A stretch of DNA of 64,000 nt from Gammaproteobacteria bacterium (GCA_963422205.2 CAXMWX010000012.1:32001-96000); one strand, 5' to 3'. Positions 33,385-43,097 are shown, counted from the stretch's first letter. A program made the numbers and translations. Notes: a model not told the origin generated them from the sequence alone.

Positions 33385-33517
33385 AAAAGCCGATAACTGC
33401 TTGCATTAACGGCGCTTTATGGATACAATGACGACAGCTGGCGTGCTGCTACTATGTGCGCTTTACTTGTTGTTTTAATGTATGTAGCTGTACGTATCTA
33501 TTTATAAGGCGTTGCTT

Positions 33518-34120
33518 ATGTCCTGGTTATGTATTCCGCAGTCAAGTGCTGCAAAACGGCCATCGGTGCTGCAAAACGGCCATCGGTGCTGCAAAACGGC
33601 CATCATCGGCGCCGCGGTGGCCGTGCTTGCCCTGCTGGCAGGCACCGCCCGTGCCGCCACAGAGACAGCCAACCTCACAGTGCAGTTCGACATGCAGGCG
33701 ACCTGCACCATTACCGGTGCCACGCTAACTTTCGCAACGCTCACGGGCGCCTTGATAAACGATGTGGAGGCAAGCACCAGTTTCACCGTCGATTGCTCGC
33801 CGGGTATCACCTACCAGGTCGGCATGGGCAATGGCCTGCACTACGCCAACAACATCCGCAATATGCAAAGCCAGGCGGGGGATAACGTCCCCTATAGGCT
33901 GTTCCGTGACACTAACCGCTCGACCGCCTGGGGCGACACCTTTGGCCTTCCCGCGGCGGGCGGCACGGTGTTCTCAGGTAGTGCGGGGGTAGCTGGCGGC
34001 GCAAGTAGTATCACCGTGTACGGGCGCATACCCGGGGGCGGGCCAGCCGGGCCGACCGGAACAACCACCCCCCCCGCCGGCACCTACACAGATACAGTGG
34101 TGATGACCTTAATCTACTGA
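33518..34120 (+). CDS. Csu-type (spore coat U domain) pilin subunit 1
   Basis: Signal peptide ending TARA, conserved Cys pair, YRLFRD..AWG, VYGRIP, PAGTYTDTVVMTLIY. Start uncertain because of the repeat. Confidence 0.85.
   Translation: MSWLCIPQSSAAKRPSVLQNGHRCCKTAIIGAAVAVLALLAGTARAATETANLTVQFDMQATCTITGATLTFATLTGALINDVEASTSFTVDCSPGITYQVGMGNGLHYANNIRNMQSQAGDNVPYRLFRDTNRSTAWGDTFGLPAAGGTVFSGSAGVAGGASSITVYGRIPGGGPAGPTGTTTPPAGTYTDTVVMTLIY
33546..33604 (+). repeat. Tandem repeat, 20-bp unit GTGCTGCAAAACGGCCATCG x ~3
   Basis: Exact copies at 33546, 33566 and 33586 (last copy 19 bp), inside the pilin leader. Confidence 0.95.
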
Positions 34121-34474
34121 GTTGATGCAGGGCCGGGCGATTGGGTTACGCTGTCCCGCCCCAAAAACAACATAACCTGAGGACGATGATGCAACATAAC
34201 ACCGACAGGCCGCTTGGCATGGCTACCATCCAGCATGAGAAAAACCGCTGAACCGCTTATATTCAAAGCGTTTTGCATATAAAGTCGTCCTGTGTGCTGG
34301 CTTATGCCTCACCTGATTCGGCCTGATCTGAATAATGAACCTGGCCTCAATCAATCCAGCACAGAACGGGCGCAGCAGTGTATGGCGCTATATGGCGGGC
34401 AGCAGTGCAAGTTTTTCAGGTCATTAAGGCTTAGATCGTTAAGGCTTGGTAACAAGGGTGTGTTGTCACCGTGG

Positions 34475-34563
34475 TTTTTTGTAACAGTGGGTTGTAACAG
34501 CAGTCGTTTTTTGTAACAGTGGGTTGTAGCATTTGTTGTAACAGCAGTAATTTTTTGTAACAG
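34475..34563 (+). repeat. Array of TTGTAACAG direct repeats upstream of pilin 2
   Basis: Five copies at 34479, 34492, 34511, 34536 and 34555; two longer copies of TTTTTTGTAACAGTGGGTTGTA. Confidence 0.85.
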
Positions 34564-34618
34564 TCGTTTGGTAGTAAAGCCGTTTAACTTTAATCTCAAC
34601 CATAGTAAGGAGATCACA

Positions 34619-35161
34619 ATGATCACATACACACACAGGCACTCTCAGCTTGCCCTCGCCGGCAGCCTCATGCTCGTGCTGACCCTGTTGACAGGCACCG
34701 CCCGTGCCGCCACGATAACCGCCGACCTCACAGTGCAGTTCGAGGTGAATACAACATGCGCCATCGCTGCTGCGACTCTGGATTTCGGCAACTCCGCCGC
34801 GAACTCGCCGATATCAGGTGATGTCAATGCCACCGCCAATGTCAGCGTTGATTGCACGTCCGGCCTTGCCTATGAGATTACCATGAATGATGGCACCAAC
34901 GCATCAGGTACTGACCGCCGAATGAGTGACGGCGCAGCAACGCCCAGCTACATCACCTACGAGCTATACCGAAGTGCTGCCGACCGCGCGGCGGGCACCC
35001 CCCAATGGCGCGCCACCTCTGGCACGGATACCCTCACAGGCGTAGGCGCGGGGGCGGCGGTGAATGTCTCTGTCTTTGGCCAAATACCACAGTTAGCCGC
35101 CGGGGCAACGCCACCTGCTGGCAACTATGCCGACACGGTCGTGATGACCTTAACCTACTAA
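34619..35161 (+). CDS. Csu-type pilin subunit 2 (probable major pilin)
   Basis: Strong RBS AAGGAG at 34607-34612, signal peptide ending TARA, TLDFG, VDCTSG, VFGQIP, PAGNYADTVVMTLTY. Confidence 0.9.
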   Translation: MITYTHRHSQLALAGSLMLVLTLLTGTARAATITADLTVQFEVNTTCAIAAATLDFGNSAANSPISGDVNATANVSVDCTSGLAYEITMNDGTNASGTDRRMSDGAATPSYITYELYRSAADRAAGTPQWRATSGTDTLTGVGAGAAVNVSVFGQIPQLAAGATPPAGNYADTVVMTLTY

Positions 35162-35176
35162 ACCTTATCCGGCATC

Positions 35177-35244
35177 GTTATCTCCCCCTGTGATCCATCG
35201 CGTTATCCATCGTTGATCTCAGTAGATCTCAAGGGGGGGATGAC
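35177..35244 (+). terminator. Intercistronic stem-loop between pilin 2 and chaperone
   Basis: GTTATCTCCCCCTGTGATC (35177-35195) pairs with GATCTCAAGGGGGGGATGAC (35225-35244), with G-U pairs, one mismatch and one bulge; covers the chaperone RBS. Confidence 0.55.
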
Positions 35245-36018
35245 ATGTCCAGAAAAATGCCCCGGTTGCTGTCTGTACTGATATTCTGTACTGATATCCG
35301 GGGGGCAATCAGCAGGCGAGGGCTTGCGGTGTGGATTTGCATGCTGGCCGGGCTGGCACAAGCCGGCCAGATGCAGATCTCCCCCGTGCTGGTGGAGATA
35401 GAAGCCCCCGCAAGCGCCGATTCATTACGCATCAGCAACCAAGGCGATGCCCCGCTGACCGTGCAGATGCGTCTGTTTGGCTGGCGGCAGCAGGACGGCG
35501 AGGATATCTACTTCCAGACGCAGGATGTCGTTGTCAGCCCGCCCATCGTAGAGATAGCACCGGGCAAGTTCGCCGTGGTGCGTATTGTCAGGCGGGCGGA
35601 ATCCCCGCTCCGGGGCGAGGAGCCCTACCGCTTGTTTATCGACCAGTTACCCGATGTCACGCCTGGCGAGGATTCCGCCGTGTCGCTGCTGATACGCCAT
35701 GCCGTGCCGGTGTTTTTCTTCGATGCGGCCAGCCGGACAAGCCAGCCCGCCTGGACTGTCCGGCAGCAGGCCGGGCAGCTTCAAATCGGCGTGGTCAATC
35801 ACGGGCTGGGGCACATCAAGCTCTCCGCCCTCACTGTCAGCGACAGCCAAGGCAGGCAGGTTGCCTTCGGTGAGGGACTCATCGGTTATGTTCTCGGCAA
35901 CTCCTCCAGATATTTTGCCAAAGCGACCGACAAGACTCTGGCCGGCCCCGAGGTGCAGCTAAGCGCCAATTCCAACATCGGCAGGATCGAAGAAACCCTC
36001 CCCCTCTCCAGTGAGTAG
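35245..36018 (+). CDS. Periplasmic pilus chaperone (CsuC/PapD-like)
   Basis: QISPVLVE, QMRLFGWRQ, VVSPP, EEPYRLFIDQLP, VPVF, GLIGYVLG. Confidence 0.9.
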   Translation: MSRKMPRLLSVLIFCTDIRGAISRRGLAVWICMLAGLAQAGQMQISPVLVEIEAPASADSLRISNQGDAPLTVQMRLFGWRQQDGEDIYFQTQDVVVSPPIVEIAPGKFAVVRIVRRAESPLRGEEPYRLFIDQLPDVTPGEDSAVSLLIRHAVPVFFFDAASRTSQPAWTVRQQAGQLQIGVVNHGLGHIKLSALTVSDSQGRQVAFGEGLIGYVLGNSSRYFAKATDKTLAGPEVQLSANSNIGRIEETLPLSSE

Positions 36019-36024
36019 CTGGCC

Positions 36025-38750
36025 ATGCAGCGAGCGCCCCGGTTTGCGGCCCTGTTGCTGCTTGGCCTGTGGTTAAGTACCTATCCTGCTCTCTCGCCGA
36101 GGGCTGATCTGGATGGCCTCCTGGGTATCAACGATCTGCCTGAACCCAGCGCCCTGCCCGTTCGCACAGCCACCCTGCTGGCGCTCAAGAGCCTGCCTGA
36201 ACCTCCCCCTGCCGGGGACAGCCTGACAGAGGGGCATGCTGTGCCTCGGCCTGACTCATCGCTGCCCGGGCTATCCTGGGGACTGACCGGGCTACCCAAA
36301 CCAACCGGGGCGCTGCTGGGCATAGGCGACTTGCCGCTGACGGGCGGGCGGGCGAGGCTGAATGATCTGCTGCTCGCCAAAGCGCTTGCTGACCGAGGCG
36401 CTGCCCTGCCCAATGCCCCAGCCACTGGCGCAGCCGATCTTGAGGCCCTGCTGGCGGTCGATACCCCGACTGGCGAGGAGGATACGCAAATCCTCTACCT
36501 GGAGGTCTTCATCAACGATTATCCCCGCAATATGATCGCCGAGTTTATGCGTACCAACGGCGATATGGCCATCCGGGCAGGTGAGTTACCGGCGCTGGGC
36601 ATCGTACCGCCCGCCGCCCTGGCGGATGCTGACTGGGTCAAGATAGGCGATCTGCCCGGTGGTGCATATCGCTATGATCAGGCGCTACAGGCCATCTACC
36701 TGGAGCTATCGGCCAGCGCAATGCAAGAGCGCACCTACGCCTTCGAGCGAGGGCGAGGGGGGGGGGCGCTGCAAGCCACGGCAACTGGCGGCTTCCTCAA
36801 CTACCAGATCAATGGCGGCTATACCCGGCAGGGTGGTGAAGCGCGCTTTACCGGCATGTCGACCTATCTGGAGGGCTGGGGCTTCCATCCGGCTGGCTCG
36901 CTGCTGGGCTCGCTGCTGCTGGAATCCGACCCGACAGAGGCGAGCCATGCCAGACGACTGGGACACCTACTTCACCCGCTCCAGCGTTGAGCGGCAGACC
37001 AATCTGCGCCTGGGCGATCTGGTCGCTGGCGGCCTGGCCTGGAGCCGCCCTATTCGCCTGGGCGGGTTGCAGTACCGCAGCAACTTCGCCACCCGTCCGG
37101 ATCTCATCCGCCAGCCGCTGCCGGCATTTAGCGGCTCGGCCGCCGTGCCTTCCACTGTGGATATCTTCCAGGGCAACGTCAGACTGGCCAGCATGGCGGT
37201 CGAACAGGGGCGCTTTGAACTGATCGATATCCCCATGCGGGTGGACAATGGCGCGCTGCGGGTGGTCATCGCCGGGCCACAGGGCCGCCTGACCGAGTAC
37301 GCCCTGCCGTTTGGCACCAACCAGGCACTGCTGCGCCGCGGGCTGATGAGCTTCTCGCTGGAGGCCGGGTGGGCGCGGCGCGGCTACGGCACCCGGGCCG
37401 ATGAATATGCCCCTGAACCACTGGCCATCATCAGCGCCCGCCGGGGCTTAAGCGATGCGCTTACCGTGGAGTTTCACGGCGAGGCGAGCGCCGGTCTGAT
37501 CAATGCCGGGGCCGGTATCGTGAAGAGCTTCGGGCGCTGGGGGACACTGAATGCCGCCCTCGGCGGGCAGCCTCAGAGACGATGCCCGCGGCGAACTGGC
37601 GAATATCGGCTATACCATCGCCACCGGGCGCTTCAGCCTGGGCGCATCCAGCCAGCGGCGCTTCGGGGATTACTATGATCTGGCCGATACAACCCTGCGC
37701 GATGACAATGATAGCCTGCTTGATGCGCCCATCAGCCAGGATCGTCTGTTCGCCTCCATCAGCACACCAACACGTGGCATCAATCTGGGGGCCGGGTATA
37801 TTCACATTGAAAACGCCAGCGGCGTGCATCGCCACAACGGCGTGCTGTCTTTGCGCTATCCCATCAACTCCCGGATGCAGTTCCAGGCGCGCTCGCAAAC
37901 CAACCTCAACGAGTTTAACGATGCCAGCGTGTTTGCCGGGCTTTCCGTGCAACTGGACTCACGCTACAGCCTCAACACCGGCGTGACCTGGTCAGCGGAT
38001 ACGGTGCTGGGCAGCGTGTTTATCTCCCGCAACCGAAGCAGCGATGCCAGCGACTACAGCTATGCGCTGGGGGTGCAGAGCGATGGCGAGGATCATCAAA
38101 CCAGCGCACGGGCGCACCGCCAGTTTGAAAAACTGGATGTCGACGGTAGTCTGATCGTGCGCGAAGATAGCGCCAACCTGACCGGCCAGATGCGCGGCAG
38201 CCTCGCCTTCATCGACAAGACCATGCACATCAGCCGCTATATTAACAATGCCTTCGTGGTCGCCGATGCTGGCTATGAAGGTGTGCTGATCAAGCATGAG
38301 AACCGCGGCGTTGGCACCACCGATGCCAACGGCCTGCTGCTCATCCCGGATATTCTGCCCTATGAGGGCAATAAAATTTCCATCGACCCCGACACCCTGC
38401 CCATCGCCGCCATTATCTCTGAGACCGATACCTATGTGCGTGTGCAAGAGCGTGCGGGCGCCCTGGTACGCTTTGCCGGGGCTGAGGATACGCGCATCCG
38501 CATCAACGCCTACATCAGACGGGGCGATGGGGGAGAACTGCCCCCGGGTACGCCGGCCAGGGTGCTGAACACGGGCGATGCTGTCATCATCGGCCATGAC
38601 GGGCAGTTGTTCTTCTCCACCTTAGATGAGCAGAATCAGGTGGAGGTGATCACGGCGGACGGGCTGTGCCTGGTGGATATCGCCCTGCCAGAGGGCGCCA
38701 GCGGTTATGTGGATGTGGGCGAGCGTACCTGCCAGCCGACCAGCCCATAA
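36025..38750 (+). pseudogene. Outer-membrane usher (CsuD-like), split by two +1 frameshifts
   Basis: LYLEVFIND, GGFLNY, LRLGD..WSRPIRLGGLQY..NFATRPDL, AVPSTVD, GTTDANG, ISIDP. Extra G at 36960-62 (RRLDTYF) and at 37562-63 (ALAGSL). May be sequencing errors. Confidence 0.85.
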
Positions 38751-38970
38751 TGTCAAGCGCATAAACCGCCGGCCTGCCGCCGACATCCGAACATCATCTA
38801 AGGGGGTTATCAGGGCGCAGCACAGGGGCTTGCTGGTCATCTGCCCGGCGACCATGCAGGCAAGCCGATCAATCTCCCTCTTATCTGCTGTCGGCCTGTT
38901 TTGCCTGAACCACATCCCGATGCAGGCCCGATCGCTGGTACTTGCTTTCGATAGCGATTACCATAGCCCG

Positions 38971-39762
38971 ATGATCGTTGAACAAATCTGGACGGCGAAT
39001 GCCTGGCGCAACTTTAACTACCTCATCGCCTGCCCAGAGACGGGCGAGGCGCTGGCCGTTGACCCGCTGGATCATGTACGCTGCCTGGGGCTGGCTAAGG
39101 ACAAAGGCTGGACGATCACCCAGATCATCAACACCCATGAGCATGGCGATCATACCGGCGGTAATCAGGCCATGGTGGCAGCGACCGGTGCCAGGCTGCT
39201 GGCACACCACCAGGCCGGGGACAGGATTGCCGGGGTAGATGTCGGCCTTCAGGCCGGCGATGTCCTCACGGTAGGGCGCACGGTTGAGATTGACATACTG
39301 GATACGCCCGGCCATACCCTGAGTCATGTCTGCCTGCTGACCAGAACGGATGCACCTGCCCTGTTCTGTGGCGATACCTTGTTTAACGCCGGTGCCGGTA
39401 ACTGTCATAACGGAGGGCATCCGAAGGCGTTGTATCTGACGTTTACAAGCCAGTTGGCAAAGCTGCCGGATAACACCCGCATCTACCCAGGCCATGATTA
39501 TATGCTCAACAACTTGCAGTTCACCCTTGCCCGTGAGCCCGGTAACAAGCGGGCGCAGGAGTTGCTGGCCGCATTGGAAGCGCATGATCCTGACAATGCC
39601 CTGATCACTTCAATGGCGCTGGAGAGAGCCGTGAATACGTTTTTCCGGCTGGATAATCAGGAGGTGATTGACGGGCTGCACCAGGAATTTCCCGACCTGC
39701 CCGCCAATCCAGATGAGAAGACCGTATTCTTAAAACTGCGCGAACTTCGAAATAAGTGGTAG
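38971..39762 (+). CDS. gloB: Hydroxyacylglutathione hydrolase (glyoxalase II-like MBL)
   Basis: NTHEHGDHTGGN, TPGHT, GDTLF, YPGHDY, LRELRNKW. Confidence 0.85.
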   Translation: MIVEQIWTANAWRNFNYLIACPETGEALAVDPLDHVRCLGLAKDKGWTITQIINTHEHGDHTGGNQAMVAATGARLLAHHQAGDRIAGVDVGLQAGDVLTVGRTVEIDILDTPGHTLSHVCLLTRTDAPALFCGDTLFNAGAGNCHNGGHPKALYLTFTSQLAKLPDNTRIYPGHDYMLNNLQFTLAREPGNKRAQELLAALEAHDPDNALITSMALERAVNTFFRLDNQEVIDGLHQEFPDLPANPDEKTVFLKLRELRNKW

Positions 39763-39821
39763 TGCTTAAAGAGAGGGGCTGTTTGTTATCTCATCTCGCA
39801 AACCGCAGAGGCAAAAATACC

Positions 39822-39851
39822 ATCATGCCGGGGCCGCTTTAGCGGCATGAT
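39822..39851. terminator. Hairpin between convergent gloB and E2 genes
   Basis: ATCATGCCG (39822-30) and CGGCATGAT (39843-51) form a 9-bp stem. Confidence 0.5.
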
Positions 39852-39853
39852 AA

Positions 39854-41092
39854 TCAAAGCCTTGCAGGGGTTTCCAGAAATGTTTTAACCTGCTGTAGAA
39901 ATCTCGCCCCCAGTACCCCGTCAGTCGCACGATGATCACAGGACAGACTGACATTCATCATACTGGCTGTGCGTACACTCTCGCCATCAGCCACCACCCG
40001 CCGGGTCACGCTGCCAACCGCAAGCAGGGCGGCTTGCGGTGGATTAATCACGCCCTGAAATGCTGTTATGCCAAACATACCCAGGTTAGAGATGGTAAAC
40101 GTGCCATGGCGCATCTCGCCTGCCTCCAGGGTATGGTTTCTGGCGCGCTGGCTCAGGTTTTTGGTTTTTTCTGCCAGGCTTGACAGGCTCAATTTTTCAG
40201 CTTGATGGATAACAGGCGTCAACAACCCGTCATCGGTGGCGACAGCGAGGGCGATGTTCACATGGTTGTATTGTTGTATTGTGTTGTCCTGTACATGGAT
40301 GTTGACCTCGGGCATGGCCTGCAAAGCCAGCACACAGGCGCGCACTATCAGGTCGTTGATGGAGACCTTGTCTTTGCCGTTGTGTGCATTATTAATCGTT
40401 TGCCGGTGTGCCAGTGCGGCATCCATCGCTATGTCGGTCGTCAGATAGAAGTGGGGTATTTGCTGCTTGGCCGCAACCAGCTTGCGAGCAATCATCTTCC
40501 GCCTACTACTCATTGGAATAACCTCATGGGCAGCACTGTCTGTGTCATGACGGCCAGCGGCATGATGTTCAGCGAACGCCTCCACATCCTCTGTAGAGAT
40601 ACGGCCACCTCTGCCTGTACCCATGATCTCGGTAACATCCACCCCCAGCTTTTGTGCCAGGCGGGCGGCGGCCGGACTCATGTGCGGTTTCTGATAGCCT
40701 GTTTCCTGATTGTCTGCTTCAGTAACAGGCTTTGTTGATGTTTGCGTGTGTTTGATAACTGTTTCATGACCCTCATCATCAAAGGCAAATAAGGCATCGG
40801 CCGGTGTAAAGTCGGCAATGAATTGATCGATACGGCCATCGTCTGTCTCGATTGGGGCGATAACACCCAGCAAGGTGCCGACATTGGCTGTCTCATTCTC
40901 GGCGACAAGACGCCTGTGCAGCACACCGCTGGCAGGGACTTCCATGGTGTTGACGATCTTGTCGGTTTCGATATCGACAAGCTCATCACCTTTACTCACC
41001 TCATCCCCCTCATCAGCATGCCAGGATACGATCGTCCCCTTCTGCATTTCGATACCCCACTTCGGCACAGTAACGGGATAGATATCAGCCAT
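39854..41092 (-). CDS. Dihydrolipoamide acyltransferase E2 (lipoyl + E3-binding + catalytic domains)
   Basis: IETDKI lipoyl Lys, SPAAARLA..GTGRGGRI, FTISNLG, SCDHRATDG. Confidence 0.92.
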   Translation of the reverse strand: MADIYPVTVPKWGIEMQKGTIVSWHADEGDEVSKGDELVDIETDKIVNTMEVPASGVLHRRLVAENETANVGTLLGVIAPIETDDGRIDQFIADFTPADALFAFDDEGHETVIKHTQTSTKPVTEADNQETGYQKPHMSPAAARLAQKLGVDVTEIMGTGRGGRISTEDVEAFAEHHAAGRHDTDSAAHEVIPMSSRRKMIARKLVAAKQQIPHFYLTTDIAMDAALAHRQTINNAHNGKDKVSINDLIVRACVLALQAMPEVNIHVQDNTIQQYNHVNIALAVATDDGLLTPVIHQAEKLSLSSLAEKTKNLSQRARNHTLEAGEMRHGTFTISNLGMFGITAFQGVINPPQAALLAVGSVTRRVVADGESVRTASMMNVSLSCDHRATDGVLGARFLQQVKTFLETPARL

Positions 41093-42098
41093 GGCATACC
41101 ACCTCCCTGATGGCGGCTTCTATCTTGTCCGGCCCGGGGATATACGCACGTTCCAGTTCTTTGGCAAAGGGCACAGGGGCATGCGGTGCCGTCACCAGTT
41201 TTATCGGTGCTTTGAGTTTGTCAAAGGCACAGCCGGCGACAATACCGGCAATGTCTGAAGCAATGCTGCAACGGGGAGGCGATTCATCGACGATGACCAG
41301 CCTGCCGGTGTGTGCCAGGCTTTCAAAGATCATCTCCTCATCCAGCGGGGATAAGGTTCTGGGATCAATCAGATCGCAGGTGATGCCTTCAGCCGCCAGC
41401 CCGTCTATCACTTTTTCTGCAAAGATAACCATCCGGCCAATAGCAACCACCGTGGCATCATCACCCTCTCTTGGCATGGCCGCTTCCCCTATCGGGATGA
41501 GATAATCCGCTTCCGGTACGTCCATCTTGCGCGGGTACAATGCCTTGTGTTCAAAGAACACCACCGGATCATCATCTCTGATCGCGGATTTTAACAAGCC
41601 TTTGGCATCATAGGCATTGCTTGGCACGATGATCTTTAAACCGGGAACCGCAGTCAGCAGGGGATAGATGGTTTGTGAATGCTGTGCGCCCATATTCATG
41701 CCGGCACCGGTTGCAGTACGTATGACCAGCGGGCATGTGCTTTTGCCGCCGAACATATAGCGAAATTTGGCAACCTGGTTATAGATCTGATCCAGGCAAA
41801 CACCAACAAAATCAGCAAACATTAATTCAGCGATCGGACGCATACCGGCAAGTGCAGCACCCGCACCGGCGCCGATGATAGCCGATTCAGAAATCGGTGT
41901 ATCAATGACGCGCTCTGCACCAAACCGGGTCATCAATCCGGCTGAGACACCAAAGATACCGCCTGCCGCTTCAATATCACCCGATGTCCCTCCTGCACCA
42001 CCGGCGACATCCTCACCAAGAATGATAACATTCGGATCACGCTCCATCTCTTCGTGCATGGCCTGGTTAAGTGCATCGCGAAATGAGATTACTGCCAT
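41085..42098 (-). CDS. acoB: Acetoin/2-oxoacid dehydrogenase E1 beta subunit (AcoB-like)
   Basis: DTPISESAIIG, KFRYMFGGK, AQHSQ, FFEHK. Confidence 0.8.
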   Translation of the reverse strand: MAVISFRDALNQAMHEEMERDPNVIILGEDVAGGAGGTSGDIEAAGGIFGVSAGLMTRFGAERVIDTPISESAIIGAGAGAALAGMRPIAELMFADFVGVCLDQIYNQVAKFRYMFGGKSTCPLVIRTATGAGMNMGAQHSQTIYPLLTAVPGLKIIVPSNAYDAKGLLKSAIRDDDPVVFFEHKALYPRKMDVPEADYLIPIGEAAMPREGDDATVVAIGRMVIFAEKVIDGLAAEGITCDLIDPRTLSPLDEEMIFESLAHTGRLVIVDESPPRCSIASDIAGIVAGCAFDKLKAPIKLVTAPHAPVPFAKELERAYIPGPDKIEAAIREVVCHG

Positions 42099-42109
42099 TT
42101 TATTATGCT

Positions 42110-43087
42110 CTAATATCCCTGGTAATTAATATACACGTCAGTCAGCACCTCATCGACATCGGGCGGTGGTGCTGCTTTTGCTTCAGCTACGGCCTTGTCG
42201 ATTAAGGCCAGCACTTCATCATCTATCTGCTCCAGTTCTGTGTCCTCCAGCAGCTTGTCGGTGGTAACCCGGCGATGGAAGTTAGTCAGGCAGTTCATAC
42301 TCTGACGAAAATTCGCTACCTCATCTTGTGCGCGATATTTCTGCGGATCCCCTTCGAAGTGACCATAGTAGCGCGTGATCCTGCATTCCAATGCCCTCGG
42401 GCCATTGCCCTGGCGTGCCTGCCCGATCGCCTTGCCAGCGGCCTCATACACAGCAAAAAAATCCGCCCCATCGACAACCTGTGTTGGAATGCCAAAGCCT
42501 TCAACCCGCCTGGCAATGGACTCAGCCCCGACGGCATAACCAGCCCCGGTATGTTCGCTATAGCCATTATCTTCAAAGATAAACACCGTCGGCAGCTTTA
42601 ACACCACCGCCATGTTCATGGCTTCAAATACAGTCCCCTGATTACTGCCACCATCACCCGTGAATGAGACAGTGACTTTATTTTTGCCTTGAGATTTGGT
42701 GGCGATTGCTGCCCCGACAGCGATGGGCGGCCCGCCACCGACAATGGCATTGGCGCCCAACATGCCCTTATCAAAATCGGCAATGTGCATGGAGCCGCCT
42801 TTACCTTTGCACAGGCCATCGGCACGGCCATAGATCTCCTGCATCATACCGATAACATCACAGCCCTTGGCTATGCAATGCCCATGACCCCGATGCGTAC
42901 TGACAATGTAATCATCATCATCGAGATGTTCGCAAACCCCGACGGCAATGGCTTCCTGGCCAGCATACAGGTGTGTGAAGCCAGGAATCTCGCCGGTTTG
43001 GATCTCCAGATGCAGACGCTCCTCAAACTCACGAATGGTTCTCATCTGCTTATAGGCTTGCAGCAGCTGTGCTTTGCTGAGGTTCAA
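42110..43087 (-). CDS. acoA: Acetoin/2-oxoacid dehydrogenase E1 alpha subunit (AcoA-like)
   Basis: IPGFTHLYAGQEA, STHRGHGHCIAKG, GKGGSMH, GDGGSNQG, GHFEGD; TTG start. Confidence 0.82.
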   Translation of the reverse strand: MNLSKAQLLQAYKQMRTIREFEERLHLEIQTGEIPGFTHLYAGQEAIAVGVCEHLDDDDYIVSTHRGHGHCIAKGCDVIGMMQEIYGRADGLCKGKGGSMHIADFDKGMLGANAIVGGGPPIAVGAAIATKSQGKNKVTVSFTGDGGSNQGTVFEAMNMAVVLKLPTVFIFEDNGYSEHTGAGYAVGAESIARRVEGFGIPTQVVDGADFFAVYEAAGKAIGQARQGNGPRALECRITRYYGHFEGDPQKYRAQDEVANFRQSMNCLTNFHRRVTTDKLLEDTELEQIDDEVLALIDKAVAEAKAAPPPDVDEVLTDVYINYQGY

Positions 43088-43097
43088 TGTGACTTAT

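Noticed and set aside
33546-34563. Repeats considered as a possible CRISPR array
   Set aside because: The 20-bp units are contiguous with no spacers, the 9-bp motifs are too short and irregular, and no cas genes are present.
29400-38900. Accessory stretch as a defined mobile element
   Set aside because: No integrase, transposase, tRNA target or flanking direct repeats were found.
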